Part shown: positions 12,286 to 22,989 of the stretch, in pieces
Layout of the letters: each line of letters starts with the position of its first letter
How positions within the stretch are numbered: position 1 is the stretch's first letter
Source of the DNA: Callorhinchus milii
Taxonomy: Eukaryota
Direction of reading: 5' to 3'
Length of the DNA stretch: 64,000 bases
NCBI RefSeq assembly: GCF_018977255.1
Contig: NW_024704742.1
Coordinates: forward strand, 31,188,001 to 31,252,000
Notes under the pieces: generated by a model
What the model saw: the letters and a program-made list of their open reading frames with translations, nothing else
Databases searched by the model: none
Told to the model about the DNA's origin: nothing
Program-made: the position numbers and the translations under genes

Positions 12286-12712
12286 TTTTTTAAAAAAATA
12301 TATTTACTTATAAACATAATATTTATTACAACAGAAATCCAAAACACAACATCTTCTATTACAATTTTTTCCTTTTCTCCCAATATAAAGCACATTCTGT
12401 TGTTTACGGTACGTTCCTTCACCACACGTAGGTTGTGGACACGTTTTTTGGGGCCGCCCCATTGACACGGTCGGGAGTCGCCCCTGTATACACCACATCC
12501 ATGTGCGCGTTCGCACACCCTGATAAGGCACACTTGCCGCACCGTACACACGTTTACCGTACATACATTTTTGGGACGCTCTTTGGTTACATCTCGAGTG
12601 TCCTTCTGTACCCTTACCGAGGAAAAGTAGGCCAGAGCAGGAACAGAGAGGCATAGACCAGTGGGGAGAACATTAGATAATAATTGAATACACTTAAAAT
12701 TATATATGAATA
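12286..12712 (-). mobile_element. CpG-rich antisense insert, probably the 3' UTR of an L1/Tx1-type retroposon
   Basis: Minus strand ends in AATAAA...tattttttt plus a short A tail; possible GATC target duplication at 12282-12285 and 12713-12716. Confidence 0.45.
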
Positions 12713-13149
12713 GATCACAACAATTTGCAGAACTCGTATTGTCCCGAGGTTTAAGACGTGATGTGACTGACGACGTGTGTGAAACTCAGCAGCTGAAGGC
12801 CAAAGTATGAATATGGGAGTTAAACCTGTGGGGAAACTCGAGCCTTTGTGAGCTACCAATCCCCAGGATGGGCCAGTTGCCTGCATTTAAAAGGAAGCTT
12901 CCTCACAAATTTGGAGGAGCAATCTCCTGTTCCCAGTACCCAATTGTGCTAAGCAAACAAAGTGCTTCCCACACAGTTTAAGATGGTTCTGTGATCTAAT
13001 GCATGTATGGCTACCACAAATGTGATTTTACTGTGTATATTTGTGTGTGCTTGGTTCTCTCCTGAATGACTTTCCACTAAATCAGAACCCTCATGTTGTA
13101 AGTTATTAGATCGTCGGGGGTTAAACATGCTCTTTCTGTGTTTATTCAG

Positions 13150-13246
13150 GGATGGAGCATTGAAAAGAGCCAAAGTTAAAGACATCTTCAAGAAACAACA
13201 GCAAAAGGACTACAGCAAGATGATAGTGGGGAACGAGAGCAGCTGA
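13150..13246 (+). CDS. GPAT3: GPAT3 terminal coding exon, (W)DGALKRAKVKDIFKKQQQKDYSKMIVGNESS*
   Basis: cag acceptor at 13147-13149, TGA at 13244-13246. KRAKVKDIFK, MGIIQR, EMKD and IGGT favour GPAT3 over its paralogue GPAT4. Confidence 0.92.
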
Positions 13247-14527
13247 AGGGATTCTTGTCACTCGATCTTTTGTCCTCTTGGCTTCTGTCGCAGTCTTATT
13301 GTGCGGGTTGGGAGTTTGTTGAGTGTCTCTTTATTTTTGTAATTTTGAGTGCTTTGAGAGCAAAATAGAAAACTGTGTAAATGACAAAACTCCACACGTA
13401 TTATTTGTAGTATTCTAATAGATCAGTGTGATCTGTTTTTTGTGTTCTCTTAATCTGATATTTCAAGATAGGGACTATCCTCTAATATTTATCCATAAAT
13501 ATTGCGTGTGACTTGTATTGCACAACAATGAATTGATTTTTAAAAAGAAGTTTAAATTTTTATTTGAAAGAAGAGGTGTCTGGGTTCTCAATTGGGCTGC
13601 AGTGTTCTTTAGCCTGGATTCCCAGTGCTTCCCTCAGGCTGTTCTGCTGAAAAGAAGAAGCCATAGGGGTTCTGGGAGTTTAGGCTAAGCAAAGAAGCAT
13701 CATGTTTTAGCACTGAGGCAGAAGGACACCGGTTCAATTCCTGAAGTAGATCTTGAACAGGGTTATTTTGGTGAAAAATAATTTTATGCTTTTTAAATTA
13801 ATAATTGAAATTAATACAGTTTTAGGTCTTTATCTAAGAGTTTTTAGTTTAGACCTGTTGACGTCAGTGACATAATGACTCAAGGTGACATTTGTTGTAC
13901 AACCTACTGTGATGTGGAGTTCCAGAATGAATGAATATGAAACTATTATAATTTCAGTTTTTATAATCTCTGAATTCTGTGGGAAAAAAACTTGTTTACA
14001 GATGTTCAACTATTGAAACCAAAGTGAATATCCAGCATAAACTTTTATTTTCCAGTAAACTTATCTTAGTTCAGTGTCTCTATCTATGGGTTATAAGCAT
14101 TCACTCCCTTAAAGTCTAATTGGGTGTGTTGTGTGGAGTGGAAAGTATTTAGATTGAGAATAACAGAGGCCTGAAATTCTTCAGAGTGTAGAATGCAATC
14201 TTTAATTCAGACTGAATTTGTAGGCGGGTTTTTTGCAATTCCTTTTACGGTCCCTTTAAAACCCGTGGAAAATCAGCTTTCAAATTAAGACTGAATTTGA
14301 CTAAACGTTTTATGAAATTTTTCAGAATGTTAAGTTTTAAGACAATGGTCTTAAGCTTAAAAATGTGAGATGTCAGGCCTCAGGTAAGCTTTGGTGTGAT
14401 ACCATGTATATAACAAGTATATGTGACCATATGGGCTTGAATAGGTTTTCCTCATCTCAAGCTTCCTTTTGTATGTCCTTATGGGGATTTATACCAAATT
14501 GAGTCGATGAGCTATTTAATTTTACTA

Positions 14528-14696
14528 CGGTAAAACTCACTTAAGTCTGATCTGTATAATCACCTAAGTCGTACATCTGCCCAAGTCCTGTTCAAGAGTT
14601 TATATTCTATGCAAGTTTGACAAAACTCATACTTTGCATAAGTCATATTAAATGTATAGTCGCAACTGATACAACTTATGTGATTGAGGTTTACTG
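14528..14696. mobile_element. Tc1/mariner (Tigger/pogo-like) MITE, internally deleted copy
   Basis: TA flanks, TIRs cggtaaaactcac...tgaggtttactg; both halves match the element at 50667-51222. Confidence 0.75.
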
Positions 14697-16049
14697 TATC
14701 ATCCTGTGGACCCCCTGCAATGTTTTATTCATGGATTAGATCAATTATTTTAGTAGTAAAACATGGGTTTAGGCAACAGGTAAGCTGCCTGCCTTTGTAT
14801 AGACGCTTGATCCTATTGGGAAAAGATGCTCTTGTTGGTCCACAGAACTATCACCATCTGGGAAACATTAGGAGTGAGATTTACTATCAAATCATGAAAC
14901 CCACTTAAATTGTGGAATGGGTTATTTTTTGGACCAACAATATTTGTGATGGAGCCAACTTTAGCTTATTGAGTAAACCTTGACAGGCCATTCTTGTGAG
15001 CAGTGCCAACAATTGGGAGTGACTCACAGACTGTGAAACCACTGGCTGCATCTTATTTAGGTCTTTTTACACCGATCTTCATTGGCTACTTCCAGGATCA
15101 TTGCTTGAGTATATTAACATGACTGTACTTACTAACACAATGTTGCCTATTCTGACATTGAGAATGCTTTGTAATGGACATGGGAAGAGAGGGATGGATT
15201 TGTTCTGATATGTTGGGAGTCAGTAGTAATGTCAGATGATGGTGTGTAAATTGGGAAGAGGGCAGTCAGGTATTCAATTAGGAATACGTGGAAAGATGTG
15301 ATGGTTCGTAGCAGGTTTGCTAACCCATTCTAAAATTAGTGAATCTGATAGATGTTACATTTTTCATCCCAATATCCTGACTCGAGGATGGACTTGATGT
15401 TGTGTTTCTTTCAATGACTCAGAGGTAAAGCCACTGCCTATATTGTGTAGCTGAGCTGTACAGACCAAGAGGCAAGGGCTTGGGTTTGAATCGTAGCCAT
15501 AGCAGCTTCGGCTAAATGCCATACTGGGAAACCCAGGGGAATGCAGAGAAATTGCTTACAAAGTGGGAATGAGGAAGAGGTTTATGCTGGCAGCCAAAGT
15601 GCCAGCATAAACCATTGATCTTTTCAGTTCCTATACTTAAACTGTCATGAATCACTGGGAGCCGGGCATTCACAACCAAACATTAGTCAAGTAGGACAGT
15701 TCTGTGCTTTACACAAACTTGTGTCACTGATCTGTTTTTGAATTGTTAGTCACATGAGAAGATAGGTTACAACTGGAGCTGGGCAAAGCCTTATTGCTTT
15801 AATGACTCATTCAGCAATGTACTCATGTAAATCCCAAGTCCGCTAAGGATACTCTTTGAATGCTGCGGAGCTGCTTCTGATATTGGAAGACATTGTTACC
15901 TTCGTCCTCTGCTTATTGTCAACAGGTTCCTGGGATATTAGGTAACTCGATAGGTTAAATGTAGTTGAAATAATGCACTGCTTTTCAACGATGTTTCCAA
16001 TTGATGTCAACGAATGAATTACCTTGAAAATAAGTTATTACAAAGAAAT

Positions 16050-16098
16050 AATAAAAAGACACTTGTAAGTCTTTGGGCAAAGCAGCTATTCAAATAAA
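16050..16098 (+). terminator. Candidate polyadenylation signals (AATAAA x2)
   Basis: AATAAA at 16050-16055 and 16093-16098, followed by T/GT-rich sequence. Confidence 0.4.
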
Positions 16099-16965
16099 TT
16101 CCTGTTCTTTCATTAAGACACAGCCTATTCAGGCATATTATTTGTTCTAGGAGTTGTGTGATTGTAGACTGAAATCTAGTCTGGAAACTCAAATTCCAGA
16201 GTTTGCAAAAATATTTAGCCTGTGAGGGCCTTAATGATTCCCTGCAAAGGAGTTAGAAGCCTTGTAATTTGAAAGGTTAATTCATCCATGATGCTCCAGT
16301 CTTGTGATCCATCCTTATCTGATGTCCTGTAGCTCAGTGGCCTTGCAAGTGAGACACCTGGGTTCAATTCCAGGTAGACATTGCCCACAAATATACAGTC
16401 AATTCACTTTACAGCATATTCTGTGAAGCATTTTGAGATGTCTAGAAGATGTGAAAAGTGCTATGTCAAATAGGAAGGTAAGTTGGGTCTGCATAAGAAG
16501 GTGATAGGAAGGTAAGTTGGGTCTGCATGGAGTTGAATTGGCTCCAAAGTTAAGTGGCCCGGCAATGGAATGTAGAAATCTTGTCTGGTTCCTGAGCCAA
16601 GCGGCTTCTTTATACTCCAGAGCACTGCTAATGACAACCCAGCCAAGTCTGGCACATTGGTAGGACTTGGAAGGGCAGACCAGTTACTGGGGCAGAAAAT
16701 CATCCCACTCAACTCCTGTTAATCATGTAAATCAAAGCCCTAATGACTAGGAGAGTCCTAGCAAGATAAGCAGTGGTAAAGCTTGCCAGACAGTGCTATT
16801 AATGGCAAGCTATCTGGTTTTAGCTGGTTAAACTCCAGCTGTACCCCAACGTGCATTCTGGAGCCTCCAGGCTTTGGCTCTTGTCAGCCTGCACCTAATA
16901 TTCTTAGGAATTGGGTAAGCAGGATGCGTCCCTCTATGGAGAGAGTGTGTATTCCATTCCAGACA

Positions 16966-17790
16966 CAACAACAACAACAAAATTGTATTTATAGAGCGCC
17001 TTTCACGTTGGGAGGACGTCCCAAAGCGCTGAACAGTCAGGTGTCGGGGCCCGAGCATGGAGGAGGGGTGGTGTAGGGGTGAGGGAAGGCAGAGAGGTGG
17101 GAAGGAGACCAAAGGCATGATCGAAGAGAAGGGTCTTGAGACCGGCCTTGAAGGAGACAAGGGAGGAAGCGAGGCGAAGCGACCGTGGGATGGAGTTCCA
17201 GAGTGTGGGGGCAGAGAGGCTGAAAGTCTGGCCACCGATGATAGGGCGGGTCGGGCAGGAGACATGCCCGCTGAATGGAGGGTGCGGGCAGGTTGGTAGG
17301 GAGTCAGCAGGTCAGAGAGGTAGGAGGGGGCAAGGCCATGGATGGCCTTCAAGGTGAGGACGAGGATTTTGAACTCGATCCCCTAGGGGATGGGGAGGCA
17401 GTGGAGTCGGGCGAGGGTGGGAGTGATGGAGTCACGGAGCCTGGTGCGTGAGAGTACACGAGCTGCAGAGTTTTGGATGATCTGCAGCTTGTGAAGGGAA
17501 GAGTTGGGAAGGCCGATGAGGAAGGAGTTCTTGAGGTGACGAATGCGTAGGTGAGGGTTTCGCAGCCTGAGGGGTGAGACAGTGGCGGAGTCTGGCAATG
17601 TTGCGTAGGCAGTGCCAGTCATGGTGTGGATGTGGGGGAGAAAGGACAGTTCAGGGTCAAACGAGACACCCAGGTTCCTGACTGGTTTAGTGAGGTTGAG
17701 TGTGCAGGCGTGGAGGCTGATACTGCCAGCGCCTGAGGTCTTGCTGACATTGAGTTGGTGAAAGTTGAAGAAAGACACGGTGAAGTTTCT
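16966..17790 (-). mobile_element. L2 LINE 3' fragment
   Basis: Minus-strand PVRNLGVSFD and IQNSAAR motifs; (CAA)n tail at 16966. Confidence 0.9.
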
Positions 17791-17809
17791 ATGGATGGGT
17801 AGGTGGTGT

Positions 17810-18290
17810 ATCGCGACCACATTACTCCCACCCTCGCTCGCCTCCACTGGCTTCCCATCCCCTAGAGGATTGAATTCAAGATCCTCACCTACACCTCACG
17901 GCCTTGCTCCCTCCTACCTCTCCGACCAACTATCCTCCTACTTACCTGCCCGTAACCTCCGTTCCTCTGGCTCCTGTCTGCTCCACATCCCCCGCCCCAA
18001 CCGCCCTACCATCGGTGGCCAGGCCTTCAGCCTCTCAGCCCCTAGGCTCTGGAACTCCATCCCGCAGTGCCTTCGCCGCCTCCTCCCTTTCCTCCTTCAA
18101 GGCCGGTCTCAAGACCTTTGACCGTACCTTCAGCTTCCCTCTCGACTCTCTACCCCCTCCTCGCTCCCTCCCTCCCCTCCCCTCACCCTGACCATTTCCC
18201 CCCTGCTCGGGTCCTGACCCAACTGTCCAGCGCCTTGGGCATCCTCCCGACATGAAAGGCGCTCTACAAATGAAATGTTGTTGTTGTTGT
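17810..18290 (+). mobile_element. L2 LINE 3' fragment, near-identical to 63447-63973
   Basis: LHWLP region through the tail with (TTG)n. Confidence 0.9.
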
Positions 18291-19144
18291 ACCTAGATGG
18301 TTTGGATAATCATAAATACTGTGATAGGTTTCTGCAAGTATTAGACATCTGGCTGATTTAGGGGGAAAAAATGCAGTTTCACAAGCTAAGTTTGAAGGAT
18401 GGTGAGATGATGGTGTGGTGTCATTCTCGTGGCTAGTGATATCTGACTGACTGCTTTAGATAAGTTTTTGTCTTTGTGATGAACAGTCACATCACAAGTC
18501 AAGTCACATTTTTCTCCTCCGGAGCGTAAAACGTACTCGGTTTTATTTTGGCGGTTTGGACCCGAAGCTTGATTTATTGCCTTGGAATTTCCTTCGACCT
18601 TTATGCCTGTGTTTCTCAAACCCACGGGAGAATGGGTTAGTTGAAGGATGAGATCCAGCCATTGAGACCGAGGTTACCTTCACAAAGCACTAAGACGTCA
18701 GCGCTGCAGACAATGGTGTGATCTAAGCAGACACCTTGATTGGATTGCAGCTCTTCTATCGGCCCCTGCCTTTAGCTCGGGGCAGATAGATCACCACTGA
18801 CCAGTCTGCTTTCAGAAGCAACTCATTTGACTTGAATTGAGTCGTCGTTCTGTCCCGCAGGGGGCCTGGTTCCTATTAGTTTCTCTATATTGTCTCTCTA
18901 TAGTGTGCCCTTCACTGATGTGCTTTCCTGTTCTGTCTGACTCCTGTGCATCAAAATCGCTGGTCCAGTAATCACTGTTATTAAACCATAAATCACAACA
19001 CAGGAATGTGATTTCATGGCGGTCTACCTATAGGCAAAGGCTGCCATCTGGTGGTTACTTTGAGCATTGCAGCTCAGAGCTTCACACGGTGCGAAGGTGG
19101 GTGTCATGTTCTTGTTCCTTGTGTTCTTGACACATTGCTCTCTC

Positions 19145-19290
19145 AGACCCCAAAATTCTCGCTGAGTCTCATCCTGTCAAGCCATTTTGTCTTAAAACGT
19201 TGACTTCCAAACTACAATCGAATTTAAGAATATTCTGTGCAATCCTGAAAATGTCAAGACGCATTTTAAGACAAAATGGCTTGACAAGTT
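19145..19290. repeat. Palindromic MITE-like element with a perfect 23-bp inverted repeat
   Basis: tgtcaagccattttgtcttaaaa (19175-19197) and ttttaagacaaaatggcttgaca (19264-19286). Confidence 0.75.
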
Positions 19291-19559
19291 AAATTGGAAC
19301 AAGTAACCCAAATATATACTCGTGAGAAAGGTCCTCTTGGCAGAAGAAGACAATAGGATTGAACTGCACCACTTGGCCCTGAGCTTTCTTCTTGAAAAAG
19401 ATGCTCTGGTGGTGGAGTGGATAGACCTGCAACACTCCCCTCTTTTCCTCCTCCCCACCCCCATGTTGGCTCCCACCCACCAGTTCAGTACTGTCGAGCA
19501 CCTCGGGATGTCCTTTCCGATGTGAAAAGTGCTATATAAATGGAAATTTGTACTGTATT

Positions 19560-19815
19560 GCGCCAGCCTTCCCAGGGTTAGGGAGGGGAAAATCAGCCAG
19601 GGTTTCTGCTCCTATTTCCTCTGCAGTACCCGCTTCTTATGATGCTCGTGTGTGGCAGTCGAGTCGGCAGAGGTCAGGCTTGGCTGTGGTGCTCTCTCTG
19701 GTCGGGTAGCCTGCGGACACTCACCGCTGAAGCTCACACGTAAACAATGGCCTCTTGGGTGGCATACTGAAGAACAACCAGGTGCCCACTGACCCGCATC
19801 CCCAGCGAGAGCAGC
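19560..19815 (+). mobile_element. Ancient SINE-like repeat
   Basis: Best-preserved copy of the family also seen at about 7350 and 12060. Confidence 0.6.
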
Positions 19816-22044
19816 CGAGATCAGGAGTGTTCACTGCTAAACCTATGTATACACCGAGTGGTTTCAAGCAAGTCAGTGTGCCAGTGTATTGAACAGGAAA
19901 GATGTGGAGCTGTCCTTCCTGCTGTCTCAAACTTTATTAAGTTTAAACACAGACTGACTGAGTTCAATCCATGTTTTAGAGAAAACCCCTTCACCGTTAT
20001 CCATGGACTTGCCTCCTGCTGTAAATTTGTGTTGCATTGCATTGGCAACATGTAAATTACTGGAGTCTAACTTGATCCTGGAGTACAGACCAGATTCCTG
20101 GCTAGGGAAAGGTACGTGGAAAATAGGGAATGCTTTGGAGGCAGAAACAAAATGTTATAATAAGGAATATAGTAAGGAACCGGATGTGGGTTTGCAGCAT
20201 AGAAGCCGCTGCAAATTGAAGTTGGTGCATTCTTTGACATTGATTCAAAGACTTTAATCAAAAGAATGTGTTGAATTGGCTGCTTCTTCAGCGAGTGAAC
20301 TTGACCTGTGACTTTCTGCACACTTTGCAAAAAGTGCGAGCCTGAGACTGATGGTTGTGTAATGTAATTAAGAGAATCAGTCCGTGCGGAGGCAGATTAA
20401 ATGCGTTCTGACTTGGGGCACGGGTTTGCACTGTTTGATATTGGTTGGCACAAGAACACAATGTAGCCAGATGCCATTGCTGCAAGGACGGATATCTGGT
20501 GAATGTGACCCCGGCGATGCTTACAACGTGGAGGGATCGTGAACGATGGTATCATTAGGTGAGGGCAACATTTCAGAATCTTCTCCAGGGGCCTTGATTC
20601 ACCAAACCATGGTTAGCCTTATAAATCAGATAGAGTTCCAGTAACTGTGGCATGTCAAGCTTTGATACAGGGATTTGGGGAACTTTTTGGAGTGATTCAG
20701 ACATTGAGGTTGCTCCTGCATCTTGGGGCTTGTGCGTTCCTCGAAGCTGGAATCTATATTGAAGTCTCAAACTTGCGAGTATTTATGTATTGAAGCGCTG
20801 ACACTGAAAGTCATCCCCACGCCCACACATTTTATCGCAAACCAACTTGATATGGACTGACTGACTACCTGTTCTACAAAATGGCCACTTTTAGGACATC
20901 AGGTCACTACTGACATCACTTCCTGTTCAATGCGCAGGAACTGTTGCGTATGTCATTTCCTGCATGCTGTGCAAGTGCAGGAAGTGACGCAAGTAGCACC
21001 CCTGCAACGGAAATTCGCCATTTAATTTTACATGCTTTATTTTATTGAGTTTTTTTTTAAGCATATCGACTCAACAGAATAGACAGCAAATTCCAGAGGG
21101 GATTAGATAGAAAGTTGGCGAAGAATTCAATTGAGTGGTGGGGAGAGCTTGAGCAGTCGCCATATTTTACGGAATCGTTGTGAATAATTTTTGGATGTTC
21201 TTGGCGTTATCGGCTTTATGGCAAACACAAGGATAATTATTGTTATTCTTGTTTTTTTTAAAGAAAAATACTTTGGGACCAGCCAATATGGCGCAAGATT
21301 TACCCAACATTCAATGGTCATTCCCGACCCTGTACGTTCCTGTGAATCCAGTAACTAAACAGTGCTTTACAACAGGATATTCAAAGCAGTTTTCTTCAGC
21401 TAATGTGGGTCATGGTTAAACAGAATTCATTTCAGGAAAAAAATATGTAAATTGGTGAATTCATGTCTTGCAATTATACCCTGCACTACAGTAAATTACG
21501 TTTAATTGCTGAAGAAACTACAGAGCATGGTTTAAGGAACAATATTTCAAGTCGACTCTTTAATTACTCATAAATAATGGACCATAATGGAGAATACTTA
21601 AAAATGGATGGGGAAAATCCATGAAACATCAGCAGACTTTATTGAACACTGAAAGCAAATCTGCAGAACAGCTTCCCCACATCATGAATCATTTCCAATA
21701 AGCCCTGGTCATAAATTCAAGCAGAGAAGGAGGGAGGTCTGCTGAATCTGTTTTGCGCATGCCTTGTTTTGAAACAAAAAAGGCTTTTTATTGGCGCATC
21801 TTATCTTCTGGTAAAGAAACCAGATGTGATTCACAAAACACTGCATCTATTAAACCTGAACAATACTGTCATAACTCAGGGTAGGGAATGGAAATAATTG
21901 GCCTTCAGTCCTAAGCTAATTCAATAATAGTCCAATGTCATTCTACTAGATACACCAAGCTATCATTTAAACATCTCTGCGGTGTATTCAATGGCAGAAT
22001 GCCATGATGGCCATGTCTGGTTTGTAATAATAATAACCATTAGT

Positions 22045-22270
22045 TGTTATGATCTGGAATGCATTGCCTGAAAGTGTGGCGGAAACAGATTCAACAGCAA
22101 CTTTCAAAAGGGAATTGGAAAGGTACTTGAAGAGGAAAAATTTGCAAGGATATGGGGAAAGAGCGGGGGAGTGGGATGATTCGATAGCTCTTCTAAAGAG
22201 CCAGCAAAGGCACGATGGGCCGAATGGCCTCCTGTGCTGTAATATTCTATGATTCCTTGATTCTATAATT
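22045..22270 (+). mobile_element. CR1 3' end fragment
   Basis: IWNALPESV...FKRELERYL translation and gggccgaatggcct tail. Confidence 0.85.
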
Positions 22271-22287
22271 CTCGCATTTGATAGAGA

Positions 22288-22632
22288 GGAGTCCTGTAGA
22301 ACATTGGTTAGAGCACTCGCCTCGCAAGCAAGAGGACCCGGATTTGATTCCCAGGCAGGACGAAACCTCAGCTAAGTTTCCTTCTCCACACGTCTCTTTT
22401 CAGCCAGCAGTAAGTAGGAACCCAGTTGTTAGTTGGTTAGCAGATCACTTTAGGGATAATAATCCATTCAAAAAAATAATATTAAGAATTTGGTCACTCA
22501 ATCCATGGCTTTTTGTGGAACACTGCTGTGTACCCACAAAATATGAAGTCAATTCACTTTACAGTATATTCTGTGAAATGCTTTGAGATGTTTCAATGAT
22601 GTGATAATGCAAGAATTAATATTATTATTATT
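22288..22632 (+). mobile_element. tRNA-derived SINE, long variant
   Basis: Head, cagcagtaagtaggaacc segment, core and tail. Confidence 0.85.
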
Positions 22633-22989
22633 GCCCAATGGTGTCAAGCAAAGTGCTTCACACTGTTCTGAAAACTGATGAGCATTTGATTGCAACAAAT
22701 GTGATTACTGTGTGCGTGCGCAAATTGAATTATTATATGACATAGTAAATATTATTACAGTATTTATTATACACTACCTTATCTATTCACTTTACAGTAT
22801 ATTCTGTGAAGCGCTTTGAGACGTCTTGAAGATGTGATAAGGCGCTACATCAAATGCAAGGATTATTATTATATTATGACCTGGGACTGATAGTTTTAAG
22901 GTCACATCAAGGACTGTCACATTGGACTGCTCCTACAAGTGTCAGCTTGGCTCAGTTGGTGGTACTTTGAGGCTAAGGATTATTTGTTA

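Larger units (their letters stand above)
13247..16120 (+). other. Probable GPAT3 3' UTR
   Basis: AT/U-rich and poor in young LINE/SINE copies after the stop. The first canonical AATAAA signals I saw are at 16050 and 16093. Confidence 0.45.
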
